DNA of 64,000 nt, taken from positions 49,786,001 to 49,850,000 of the forward strand of contig OZ249437.1 in NCBI GenBank assembly GCA_965235115.1, read 5' to 3'. Below the pieces are notes generated by a model. The model worked only from the letters and a program-made list of their open reading frames with translations, was not told where the DNA came from and did no database searches. The stretch is from Laetmonice hystrix. Its lineage: Eukaryota. Both the position numbers and the translations under genes were made by a program. Numbering within the stretch: position 1 is the stretch's first letter; each line of letters starts with the position of its first letter. Shown piece by piece: positions 1 through 12,797 of the stretch.

Positions 1-973
1 ATACTCGGTATATTAATATACCGACTATGATGTTCTCTCAGCATGTTCCCCGGCCTATATACAGGGAAGTAGTACATCGTACCACAGTTTGCTGACTGGC
101 ATTTCACTCAAACACCCAGGAGGAACTGACACTTGTACATCCCATTCAGCGCTATGAATTATTAAGCGGGTAAATGCAGCTCCAGCCTGCTGGGTAGGTT
201 TGCACAGAATGGTAAATGTTTTCTCAGACAGTACTAGACACGGCCTGTAGATCTCTCCGGAGACTGGAAGCTTAGCCCGGAGGACGTTTTCCTGTGTCTC
301 CCTTAATCACTCGGTTACCTGTCCTACTGGTGGGCGATACGTTCACACTGCTATCTGCTGTAGCCGGGTATATGATACCTCTGCCCAGTTCTACATATAA
401 TACAGCCATACAACTCTGTACAATTGACAGCTTTTAATAGTTATTAGGATATCTGAGGCCGTAGTATTTACGAAGACTGACGACAAATCTTTTATAAATA
501 TTTAACGATGCAACTTTGATTTAGAAATAGCACTCAACATGTGGCCAAAAATTCAGCTTCCTGTTTGGTGGAGTTTGTGAAATTCGCGCTGCGACTGTAT
601 CCGCAATAGGTGAGCTCCTGCTTGTCCGTGTCAATGATGTTACCTTCCAATGAACTCGTGCCTGTCTGCGTCGAAGATCCAATCTCTAATGAGCTCCAGT
701 CCGTAGCCAATGGGAAAGTGGGTGTGTGGGCGGGCTAGGGGCCTCATGAGCCCTTGCCTGTTGCAGTGCCAGAGACCTCTGATCTTTGAACGAGATCTAT
801 TCTGAGTTTGTAGGTCTCTGATCTAGTGATGAATTTTAGTATTTTCAGCAGGTCTTCTCCTTTCCCCTGCCTACCCGAGCTACTCCCCCATCAAGTTGCT
901 CCTATTGAGCCACCACTTCTGTTTCTATGATGAGCACTTGGATATATTCATGGCAAGAACACTGAATTGCCTT

Positions 974-1112
974 CGACTTACTGGTTTACTGAAGAGGACC
1001 AGTGGGAGGGGGTCGATACTTAAGGTTGACTAACGTTCACCCCGACTTACTGACTGGGTTTACTGAAGAGGACCAGTGGGAGGGGTCGATACTTAAGGTT
1101 GACTAACGTTCA
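974..1112. repeat. Direct duplication, 2 x ~66-70 bp (974-1039, 1043-1112)
   Basis: GTTTACTGAAGAGGACCAGTGGGAGGGG(G)TCGATACTTAAGGTTGACTAACGTTCA occurs twice with small indels. Confidence 0.95.
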
Positions 1113-2742
1113 TCCCAACATTACCAGCATGGCCATGTTAACGAGGGGTGTTTGTCAAACGGTCAGCTCGCCCTTGAAGGTGAATACGGCAGTGAGAGCC
1201 CGAGTGAACGAGTGCTCTATATACCGGCTTCATAGAGGGCCGAGTTCGAGATCTTAAGGATTTCATTTCCGTGACAACGCCTTCACTAACTATGATATTG
1301 TCTTGTACCACCTCGATTTTTTTTCAATGTTAACTTTGTGGGCCATTTCTGTGTTTCTAATATATCAAAGCCACACCCTGATTTCTCACTTATATGTGCG
1401 TCACTCAAACCATGCAAGCCATGAAGCTTAGCATGGTCAGTCGAGTTGCAGATCAAAGGATAAAGCCCTGACTACTGGCCGGCAAGCCATTTTACAATGG
1501 ACTTCATCTGAAATCAAGGGCTTTGTTCCCACTCCATGGATATTCTAATGTAAACCTGACCCTTGACCCGTACGACCTCTCCCGTTTGACCTTTCTCCTA
1601 TTTGTCACAGATCCGTTCTCCACCCCCACACGACTCTAACCTGACCACAACCTTGGGTTCCTACCCCTCCGCTACCATGACTCATCACCCTGCCCAATGA
1701 TACGGCAACATTTGCACCTGGACTGGTATTAATTAGGTGCCTGATCCTCTCATTACAGGGGGGCAATCAAGGATAATGGAGTGTAGGACTTCATAGGGTA
1801 ATGGAATAGGTCAAATATCTTAGTCACCCCTCACCTAGTGACACATGGAAATACCTACGGGTTTGTCACAGATTTAGCCATGGATTGCTCAGTATTTCAC
1901 GTGAAATACTTGTATGAATATGATCTGCCACACAACGTTAGCCGCTCAGTCCGATTCCACTTCTGCCATCAATACTTGGTTTGGACAATTCTCAATAATG
2001 AGTCACCAACACGGCGTTATAATTCAACCATAAATGTGTTATCTCTCATTCGGTGGCAGGGTACTTTTATTTAAAATTTTAAAATATTGGCTTTTGTTCA
2101 ATAACAAACCGCTTTAATTTGAGGAAAAATATCTCAATATGCCCCGTGGGTGAACATTAGAAATATGGAATGTTTGAAATCTATCTGAATACCACTTTTA
2201 TTACCGTTGATCGATCTGTGAAGGATTCTCGGATCTGAGACAATTTCCATACAATATGCCATTACTGAGTCCCACGACACAATAAGAAGTGGTACATTGT
2301 CCAACCACTTCTTACTGTACATGACTCACAACCAGAGCACTTTATTACGCAATTGTGCCTACCTACTGTCTGCTTGTAGAAAAGGGTCCACTTTAGCGCC
2401 ATATAAATGCGAACAATCAATCCCCTCGGTGGTGTTTAGAGTAGAATACGCAACCCCAGTTGGGATGTCCTGGTTATCATGCCTTGCTCAAACATCTGAC
2501 AGCTGACATGCAGGCACGATTATTTTTTAGTCTCTGGGGACATTTCTAAATCAATTGCTGGACAGCGAAGATTCTTCACCATTCCGTCAGAACTATTCAC
2601 ATTTTACGGAAGAGGCACAAGTCCGTCCCTTGCGATTTCCAGTTTAAAGGGTTGAACTCGTTTTCAGACTTGATCCGGATCCTGGCTTTTATTCACACTT
2701 CACGAACTGAAACCGCCACTCGACAATCAAGACTAGGCCTAC

Positions 2743-2953
2743 CATAGGGGTTGCAGTAGTGGCCCAGTAGGGGGCATTTTGCTTGAGGTAGTGACACATG
2801 GTTGTCTCATATGAATACAAAAACAGATCTAGGAATAATTAATAATATGCCATAAAAAATCTGCAAAAGCCATAGGATTATTGGGGGGGGGGGGGTCGGC
2901 CCCCAATAAGATTATTAGGGGGCTAGTGCCTCCCCCCACTTCCGCCGCCTATG
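2743..2953 (+). mobile_element. MITE-like non-autonomous element, copy A
   Basis: Ends CATAGG...CCTATG, contains G/C runs. The core ATCTAGGAATAATTAATAATATGCCATAAAAAATCTGCAAAAGCCATAGGATTATT recurs inverted at 33754-33886. Confidence 0.7.
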
Positions 2954-5900
2954 TGGTTGTAACGAAGTCTTGCGGTTACAGGATGTAGCACCACCCAACC
3001 ACGCCCCTATTGCCCTGCGCACTCGATTTATTAATGGTCTCCACAAGCATGAGTGAGGGCAGATTTCGACATGAATAGTTCATGTTTAGCCATGCTGTCC
3101 CATTGTTTGAGTGAAACCGATGCCCCTTGCGCTGACACGGCCGATCTACTGACCAGAACCTGACCGCTGGCAGTAATTCATCGATCGATTTCTACCCCCA
3201 GCTCCCACCAACAATGGGTTAACTTGAACCACGCCTTGGTTCAACCAGTTCTTGTCATCGGATCAGCTCAAATATGCAAACGGAATTTGTTGAGAGCATT
3301 CGAGTCGTTCGAAATTTAAACTCTGCTGTGTGAACACACTGCATGCAGACTTCACCACAATTTGAAATATCCCGTTATAACCAGTCAAAACCGGATCATC
3401 TTCTAAAGCGTATTCATTACAATCTTTATACATCGACTCTCAAATTTAAAAAATCAGGGATGCATCCAAAAGGGTAAGTCTAAGTAGGGGGGGGTATGTA
3501 AAGAACAAACCGGTAGGGGGGGGGTCAATCTATTATCCTGTTTTACCGTGAGCCGAGACCGGTACTGCTCTCCTACCTGCCATAGATATGCTCTTTGCGG
3601 ACTATGTCCTTGCCATGGACCTTCAAAGTTTCTGAAACTGTAGCCTGGTCCACTGCCTACCAGACGCTACTGAAACTGACGCAGATTTCACACCGACCAT
3701 TCTGTATTCTAAGGGCACTCCTGCAACGTCGAGCATCTGTTTATACACTGAATTCAAAGTAACCGAAGCCAACTAGAATCTCCACTCTATTGCCAGGCGA
3801 TCTGAGGTTTAAACTCTTCTCCCCTGGCAGTAATGTTTACATTTAAAACGAGGGGCACTCTAATGTTTGATTATCAATAATTCATGACACTTATGAACAT
3901 TTAAAAAGACAGAAAATACACCAGTGAAAAAGTCGCTGTCAGCATTATTCCTAGTTTACACGAGATGAATATTCATGATCTATGTGACGATGTGCTCATC
4001 CCTGATGAGTCGATTTTTTGGTGTAAAGTCTATACAACGCTCCTCGGCACTACCTCTCAAATCTCAAACATGATGAGTAGGCCTGCCAGATTTTGTTTAT
4101 ACGTTCCTCCTTGCTTGGGAAAACTGGTACCACAACACCATAACTCACAGAGGGAGTTCTGTTAACTCTAGCTGTGTTTACACCAAGTGAGAAAAAAGTT
4201 GTGTTATTAAAAAATTACATTTTCGCACAAAGCTCTTCCATCGGAAACTCGCTACATTAGCCTCAACTTAAAAGCTACAAAGAAAGATGGAGTAATAAGA
4301 GCTTCAATTTCGACTTGTGATAATTTTTACAATGACCCTTATATTCGTTGTGACCCTTCCACAAATCATGAGGAAGCCGTTGACACCATGCAGGTTCCGT
4401 AATGGCGACACGTTGTGAATGTAACTCGCCCTAGGCGTAGGTGCTTCAAATACGCCACACTTATATCGTGTGTGGCGTTTTTTATTATCGTTATATTGAA
4501 TAACAGATAAAGTGTAGGTGGTAGACAAGGTGTTACAGGGAATTCAAGGGAAGTTACCGTCATAGGAGACGGATAATATCCATGTTCATCCACTGCCATG
4601 GACTGAATGAATGCAATGGCAATGTTCCCGACATAATTAACATGTCAGAACAAGCCCACTAAACAATGACAGATGACATGAAAAACGTGACTTTTCTGTC
4701 GCATATGTGACCAAGTTGTCAATCACTTGTGGCCTATATAAAATCATTTCCCAAACATTCAGCGCATTGTGTCTTTCTAATTTCATGCTATAAGAACAAA
4801 TTTAGCATTTTGTGAACGTAATCCTTCCAAAGAGGTGGCGTGTGGACAGAATGGTTTTTGTAGAGAATTAGAAAAGTGCGCCGTTCTTCATCTCTGTAAC
4901 ACTCGACTGAAGAAATATGGAAAAATATGGATTACATACTGCAATATAAGAACAATCTATTTGGTTTGCACCGCCCCCCCTGTCAAGAGTCAAGTCTGAC
5001 GCGCGAAACACGGTATGAACAACCGGATGCACAAAATAAATAGAAATAATCCCTACTGCATGACATTGCCATTGGCCCTACAAAACGTTAACTTGAACTT
5101 TCTTGTTACTCGACAATCATTTGTCAAAGTCGAGAGAATCCTGCAGATTTGAAATTCTGCCTATGTTTTATCACACTCTCGCGTGTGTTATTTTCCATGG
5201 GCCATAATTCACTCATGCGACTGGTAATCATTACAAACGCGTAAAATTAATAAACTGAGCACAGGTGAACAGACTTATAGATAAACTGGACCCAGCCACA
5301 GACACCCATCATGACCTAGGACCGGATTCCACGGTAGATTATCTCCCCACGTTTCTGTTGTTGTCCCGGGAACCGTTTCGATAGGACAAGACTTTGTCTG
5401 TCACATTGGCTGACGGTGCCGGAAAGCCCTGCTTGTTGTCATCGAGTCTCCTTCTCCCGCAGGCAGTCGGCCCGAGCAGGTCCGAGCAGGTCCGAGCAGG
5501 GACCGCCCGTCGACGTATCTTTGATTACAAACATTTTGAGTTCTTGCACTGTTTCGACCGCCCACCCGCCCGCCGCGGGGCGTGCACCATGTCGACTGGT
5601 GCCGAATGAACGGCTCGCATTAACTCCATGAAATATGTGCACAGATATCACTTCACTGCAACTTGATGCAAAAATACGAAGCTAGCACCAGCAGGCGACA
5701 GTCGTTACACCATGACTTTCCTTTGTGACAAACATTATGCCATCGTTCCGTCAGATGTGGCGACAGGCGTTGTCTGTTTAATTACTTCATTGATTTATTA
5801 GCTATATAATTATATTTACCAAGGCCACAACACGGAAGCTGTTGGTGATGTACCAAAAAACGTACCTCCCACCCTAACAATTCACACGACTTTTATATTA

Positions 5901-7310
5901 TTACCAAACTCTGATTAACATTGGAAATGATGACATTTTAAATGTATAACAACACGTTTGGCAAAAAGCCATTAATATGCTTCAGTCTGTATTTCCAACA
6001 ACAATTAAACCTTCGTTTCGTTACCTGCACTCATAGCCTATAACAAACTGACGACTTATTTTTTCAACTCTTAGTAACTGCGTACTGGACCCAAATTGCA
6101 CTAAATTTTAAAATACAGTGCCTGTATAATCTCAGGAAAACAAAGCCACGCATCCAACTCGGTGAATCAAAATGTTAACCCATGTGATAGATTTAGATTG
6201 ACTTATACTGCCTAGTTAAATTCAGGTCCTTCTATGGCTTCAATTCATAAGTTGGCTGTAGTTAGCCCAAGAGGCAGATAACAAGTGATATTGTACATAA
6301 AAGAGCAAGATTTCAAGTCAAGATATGAAAGCAATCTATCCGAGGTAAAGCAATCCATAACTGCCTTTTTTTTTAGCTTTACAACAGATCTCAAATTGAT
6401 AAAACAAAATAAGCAGCAAGGAAAACATCAATAAGTAGCAAAGAAAATATCAATATATCATTGACCAAGTTCAGAAAACCTCCTCGTACTGGTAAGATCT
6501 TAACAATGAAACACAAACTCGTTTTAAAATATTTCTTTATACAAAACGAAGACTTTGGAATATTAATGAGTGCACTCGTTGATTTCCTGACACCACACGA
6601 TATGTTGACATGTTTGGACCTAATCTTAAATCAATGATATGAATCAAAGTTTTAACGAATCAACTTTAAGGAGATTGATCAACTAACAGTTAGGCCCGAT
6701 TTAGTTGTAGTGACATGTACCGGGATACGAACAATCAGACAGTTAGGGGAAAAAGGGGAAACCAATGCCATGTTAGCAATGTTTTAATCTATACATAATG
6801 CTAAGTGAAGTTAAAAGTCAATATCATCTTGAAAGCTAATTTAATTACTACAATATTGTGGCATGAGCATCAAAACAGTCATAGAAATATGTACTGTTTG
6901 TTTCCCGTTTTGCATTTCTTCATGTGAAAAGTTCTATGTGTTGTCTCCAGCTAAGAGGTCTAGATATGGCTCAAAAATATTTTAATAGAACTTTACGAGG
7001 TGACAAACATTTCATGAGAAATGGAGCCCCAAGCGACAATTTCTTTCTCTACAATGTGTCATCGGGTAGACCTCGGTTTCAAAAGGCCAATTAATAATGA
7101 ATAAGCAGACCTATATGATACTAGGTCGGTGCTAATTTACATGCAGCCATGGCAGGGGAAAGCTGACGGGAGTGGGTCGGCATACGTAATGATCATGTTC
7201 ACTTGTAGGGAGGCGGCAGCCAGGCTCTCACTAAGAGTTCGCCGGACAACTAGTTCAAACGTTCAAACAGCCGGGTGAAAGGGGCTACACGGCAGCTCGG
7301 GAGGGGGGGG

Positions 7311-7434
7311 GGGGGCACAGAAAAATTACCTTGGACGGGGGGAGGGGGTCACAGGAAACGTTACCATGGACGGGGGGCACAGAAAACGTTACCATAGACG
7401 GGGGGCGGGGGCACAGACAAAGTTACCATGAACG
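7311..7434. repeat. Degenerate minisatellite, ~4 x ~30 bp (GGGGGCACAGAAAACGTTACCATGGAC)
   Basis: Repeated motif read directly from the sequence. Confidence 0.85.
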
Positions 7435-7449
7435 TGTCCAATAACCAAC

Positions 7450-7491
7450 ATATTAAGTTTTATGTAGGATATATTAAGTTTTATGTAGGAT
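7450..7491. repeat. Perfect 21-bp tandem duplication
   Basis: ATATTAAGTTTTATGTAGGAT x2. Confidence 0.95.
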
Positions 7492-9296
7492 TTATAGCTG
7501 ACTTATAACTTTAGTACCTCTTCCTTTGGATATCTTCATAGGCGTAGAATTACCGCGTATCACCATAGTTATTAAAATATTCGGTGTTAGCAATATAAAG
7601 TAACAGAAAACAGGTTCATCACACAAAAGATACCGTAGTATATAAAATTATAAGTTAATATAAATTCATAAATTTCGCAGGTGTCTCGCTTAAGCCTTGC
7701 CTATTTTCCCATGCCCATGGACGACATAATGTTTTCACAAGATATTATGGTCCTTTTTGCAACCGCAGCCATTAGATACTGGGTAATGTACAAATTAATG
7801 CCCACTCGACTTTACAGCATAGAATATTGAGGAGTTGCTCTGCTTGCACGGTTGTCATTAATGCCTGTCAAAATCAATAATGGATTTAATTAGAAGAGAA
7901 GCTATTCTATATTAAGCTAAATTAGATGTCTGTTCTGCTGAAAACTTGGTGCATATAGTGGGGAGTATAACTGGTGACAAGCCAGTAAAAGGTTTTACAG
8001 GATAAGGTAAACACTTGCCGGCTGGGCAATAAAGAAATGTATCAAAATTTCAACTGTACATTAGCCATTTACTGATACAGAGGCATTTTGCAGATTGACA
8101 TTGAACATGTTGAATATTGTCACTGGCCTTGGGTTGAATAGCTATCACTCTCGCCCCTAATCACAGAATAAGAAAAAAAGATCTTGAAGGAACAGATCCG
8201 ACACTGATCATTGTTGAATAATACGATGTGTTAAAAGCTTTCCTTTTTTAAATGTTGAGTTTGGTGAAGACCTGCTCATGGATTTCCTATAGCAGCCATT
8301 TGAGACAGCATCGTATTCGCTATTACCGGGGTTAAATTGATTGAGTCCAAGTTTGATGGATGAAGTCGGCCGGGGGCTACTGGTTGACTGATTGTATCCA
8401 AGCGGCATCCACCTGCCCACGGCCTCCAAGGAGGCGAATACTAATCTGTTCAACAGACTCTGTTATGTCTGTCTCTCACCACTAATCTCACAAAGGAATC
8501 AGTGGGAATGTCTGGACTAACAACTCTCTGCTATAATCAATAAGACAATTCCACTGCACGGAGACGGAGGCCAGTTACTGCTGGGGCCTAGAGAAGACGG
8601 TCTATCAGGGAGGTCGGCGGGTGGGGATGGGGGTTAGTGCTACTGCCTTCCTGAGGAACCCAGAACTTGAGCAGCTTGAGTCCCACGGTGTTGCGTCCAC
8701 TCTGGTGGTCAGCCTGATGGTCAGTGATGGTCAGCCAGACTTAATTAGATCTAGAATTGAATCAATGGGTGCACATAGGGGCCGCGGTCAGGGTGACAGA
8801 GCGTCGCTGACCGGCCAGTATGAGCAGAAACCACTGCCCCCATACTGAGATCAAATGTTTCATGGTAATGTTCCATAAAGCACAGTCCCCAATGCTTTAC
8901 GGTCACAGGTCCATTCTTCCACAGATCTGCGATTACAGCGATAACGGCCGTCTTTAATAACGTCGTTCAAAGGGAGAACGAGATGCTAACGACTCTAAAT
9001 GTGGTCGCTGGGTCGGTCAATAAACAGCAGATGTGATCAGAGAAATACGACTGGAGCATTATGTACATTAAAATGTCTTCACATAATATTCTCATAAAGC
9101 CATCGGTATAACCTGCTTATTACCTGGCATTAAATAATACTGCCTGATAATGGGCCCGACCTCGAGACAAACAGGATTTTACCACTTTTAATTTGGTCTG
9201 GTTAAGTGAACCTTTGTGAAAATACGAAATTCTTATTCCCAACTTTCTCCACCCTTTTACTGTCTTTTTTTTATCTGTTTTTACTTTGTGTAATAA

Positions 9297-9944
9297 CATT
9301 TAGGAGCTAAAATAAAAAAATATGTACCAGTTTCAGTTTCTCTCAAAATCTGGCTTCTGTGCTTTTCTGAGATTAATGGAAGCCACTTTGAAGGGGTTTC
9401 GAAGTCACACAATCAGGCAATTGGCCATTTTGTGCCCGAGTCCGTAGCCATAACAACGTCTTACCAGGCGTCACTACTAATTAGCCAGGCTGTTATCTGT
9501 CAGCCGGACATCCGGGCCACATGGCTGGATGAAGTCCCGTTTAGACAAGGCCCTGACACGGAGCACCGTGACTTGTCTCCCAGATCCGGGCTCTACGGCC
9601 GTCAATTCGCGCCGATTTAAATCAGGATTAGCACACTTTCGAGGCGGGATAAAAATCAATCACTTGCTGTCGTAGAGAACGCCTCCCGCTGTCTCAGAGA
9701 AACCCGAAACCGACTGAAACAATGCGAGCCTGGTGACGCGCTCAACACGCGTAATGAGCAATCAATTTGGGGTTGGATCGTCACTGCGGCAAAACCACTT
9801 GATACGTTATGGACCAGTTGCTGTGAGTCTGTTCATTACACAACCCTCACTGTCGCTATCAACGAGACAGTCTTCCTACAAATCATAGCCACGGTATTCA
9901 GGACCGAACTTAAAGAGGACGCAGCTTCATTCTCCAATGGCTGA
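9297..9944 (+). pseudogene. Stop-poor frame (216 codons, one internal TAA at 9618-9620), unidentified
   Basis: Manual translation; the frame of track ORF 9432-9620 continues past the TAA to a TGA at 9942-9944. Confidence 0.3.
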
Positions 9945-12416
9945 TTTGATTTTGTTGCCTATGCAGACGATGAAACGTGAACTGAGCTGTGATGATGAGT
10001 GTAGTTTTTGTCTAACGGAGACTGACGGTTGCGAGCGGTAACCATCCCTTTGTGTCACCGTACACCCTGCCGCTGATGAACACTCATTTATATTATTGAC
10101 ATCCATGATGAGAAGTTTCCCAAAATTACAATGCTATAGCTGCTGTTGAGCGCCATCCTCCCTCGTCTATGGAGGAGTTGTATGCATAAATCAGTCATGC
10201 CAACACGAGACAACTTCGTCTGCTGGGCGACTGCCAGTAGAGAGAACAATTAAAATGGTAACGGTTGCCAACTAACAGAGAGGTACAAATAAGGTTCACA
10301 GACTGTGCGAATATCATGCACAAATTGAGACTTCTGATTCTCTTGGATCAAGGTTCTATTTTATTAAGAGTGATCCGGAGTATGGGGGGGGGGGGGGGTC
10401 GCCTGCTCCCATCCTTCGAGGGCCTTTTAGATCCTTTCAGAAGCTAACCATAACAGGAATCATTACTGTAAAATCTAAAACTAATGAATAAACAGGGTAT
10501 GTGTATGACAATCTGCATGGATGGGGATATAACGGGGTAAACCAAGTGTTCTATTACATCTAGACATTATTGGTGACCTAGAGGTACCAAACCAAGAGAT
10601 TTATAACAACAGAAAGCGACATTTAAAGCCATCATCTCGACTTTGATATAGTCAAAAATAGTCGAAATGTCAGCGTATGTACATAGACTGAAAATCCGTT
10701 CCCCATCTGATAATAATAGTATAACGTTAGGTCTTTGTTAATGTCTTTATAAACCCTCTAAGGACAGAATAAACAACTCTCCCTAATCACTGGTGATGGA
10801 AGTTGAGAGAATCCATTCACCTAACATCGAATGTATCGAAGATTACAAAAGGTATTGTTGATTTAAGTACGAATGTGCCCTTGCCTTCCTCATACAAGCT
10901 GAATCCGAATTCTCCTTGCCTCCACAATCTCCGCACGTCGACACAAGACGATGATGGGCAGAAATAACGGGATTAATTGTGGTTTCTGTCTGAGCCTCCT
11001 CCACAGACGGCCGACCTGGACCTGCTTCACAAGGTTTGTAAGGCAATCCCTGTCTGGGAGGACTGAGGTTTTGTTTAAAGTAATAAACACATAATCGGAT
11101 AAACTACCCTCATATGTCGTTATGGGGTGGAGAACTTGATGGTAAAAGACAACGTTAGTTAAAAACAGGGGCGAAAAAGAAGATTTCGCCCTAATGAAAT
11201 GGAATTCGCTAGGGCGAAATCGGGTCTATGTATGCCCCCGGATACATGTGACTGCAGGTCACAGCCAATAGGAAGTGACGGATATGAAAGGTAGATCACT
11301 CTGTTTGGAGCACAGCGTGGACAGCGGACGTCGATTCCATCCTCTATCCTGCAGCCACCAACCGTTGTCAGTGTAGGTGGCGTTACAGACCTGAATACCA
11401 GTGGAGGGGCTAATCACGTTTTGTATTTCCCGAGATATGGGTATCAATATAAGTATTTCCTTACCCGAAGCCTGGTGATGGAGTGGCCTTTATATGAAGT
11501 ACCTTATGTGGATACAATTGCGTTATCATGTAACACAAGGTTGTTTGGTTGTTTGGTTGTTTTGACATAAGTGAGTGACCGTGCTGAATAAATCCAGTTT
11601 GCAGCCAATCTAAATTTTGGAACAGCTGATACTAGGAATTTTAGGGACCTATAGTAACAGGCGAGTATATATAGAGGGACCACAGCACACGTAGGCGCCA
11701 CTAGAAGTTACATTATCAAACCATAATGCACTCTTAGCGATCGGGTGTTTTCCGTGTATGCCCCTGCTACGCCTCGGACATTCTATCACGATATAACACC
11801 GTATCGACCTCGCGTCGTAATGCAATATTCACTTATTATGCATCGCTTGCTAAAATATTCTGAAATTCCCGGCAGATATTACAAAAACAGGTTGAACATT
11901 ATCATCAACCGATGCCCACGTCCTGTCGTCTGCATGGGCGAGCATACTGTAATGTGAGCAACAGCCGGTTCGAGAGGACAGCAAACTAACAACACTGTGG
12001 TTAAAATTCAAGTCTTAAAATGTTGTCTTATTACAACATATAGATGGAGAACACGTTCATCCGTCTTCACAGATGTGCTCAACCATGTTATATAAATCAA
12101 ACTAAGGAAGACATTCAAGAGCTGTTTTTAAGTTGGCATCAAAGTTTTCACACTGGTACCCTGTCGACGGCAGTGTGTTCTACAAGCATGAAACGAACGT
12201 GTGGACCAAAAAGCAACATCACAGCAGACAGAGGCTTGTTTAAAAAAACAAGCATCTCTCAAATCAGCTTGAATGTAATCTATGAAATGTAGTTGTTTTA
12301 AAGGGACGTAACCACATGTACATAAGGTAAGCGTAAGGTGTTTCTCGTTACAGTGCCACATGTGTGGGCCTCTGACTGCTAAAGTCAGGAACGTCTCGCT
12401 GGTAACTGAAGACTTG

Positions 12417-12797
12417 CATCACCGGCAACTCACTGAGTCAGTTACCGGAAGATTCACACATCACCGGCAGCTCACTGAGTCAGTTACCGGTAGATTCACA
12501 CATCCCGGCAACTCACTGAATCAGTTACCGGTAGATTCACACATCACCGGCAACTCACTGAGTCAGTTACCGGTAGATTCACACATCACCGGCAACTCAC
12601 TGAGTCAGTTACCGGTAGATTCACACATCACCGGCAACTCACTGAGTCAGTTACCGGTAGATTCACACATCACCGGCAGCTCACCGAGTCAGTTACCGGT
12701 AGATTCACACATCACCGGCAACTCACTGAATCAGTTACCGGTAGATTCACACATCACCGGCAGCTCACTGAGTCAGTTACCGGTAGATTCACACATC
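12417..12797. repeat. Minisatellite, 9 x 42 bp (third unit 41 bp), each unit an imperfect palindrome
   Basis: Unit CATCACCGGCAACTCACTGAGTCAGTTACCGGTAGATTCACA; CCGGCAACT pairs with AGTTACCGG. Confidence 0.97.

Noticed and set aside
742-870. Fibrinogen-domain-like ITRSETYKLRIDL on the minus strand
   Set aside because: The flanking FWLG and downstream Y..F motifs are absent, and the frame ends shortly afterwards.
12417-12797. CRISPR-like palindromic repeats
   Set aside because: Units are contiguous with no unique spacers, no cas genes are present and the context is eukaryotic.
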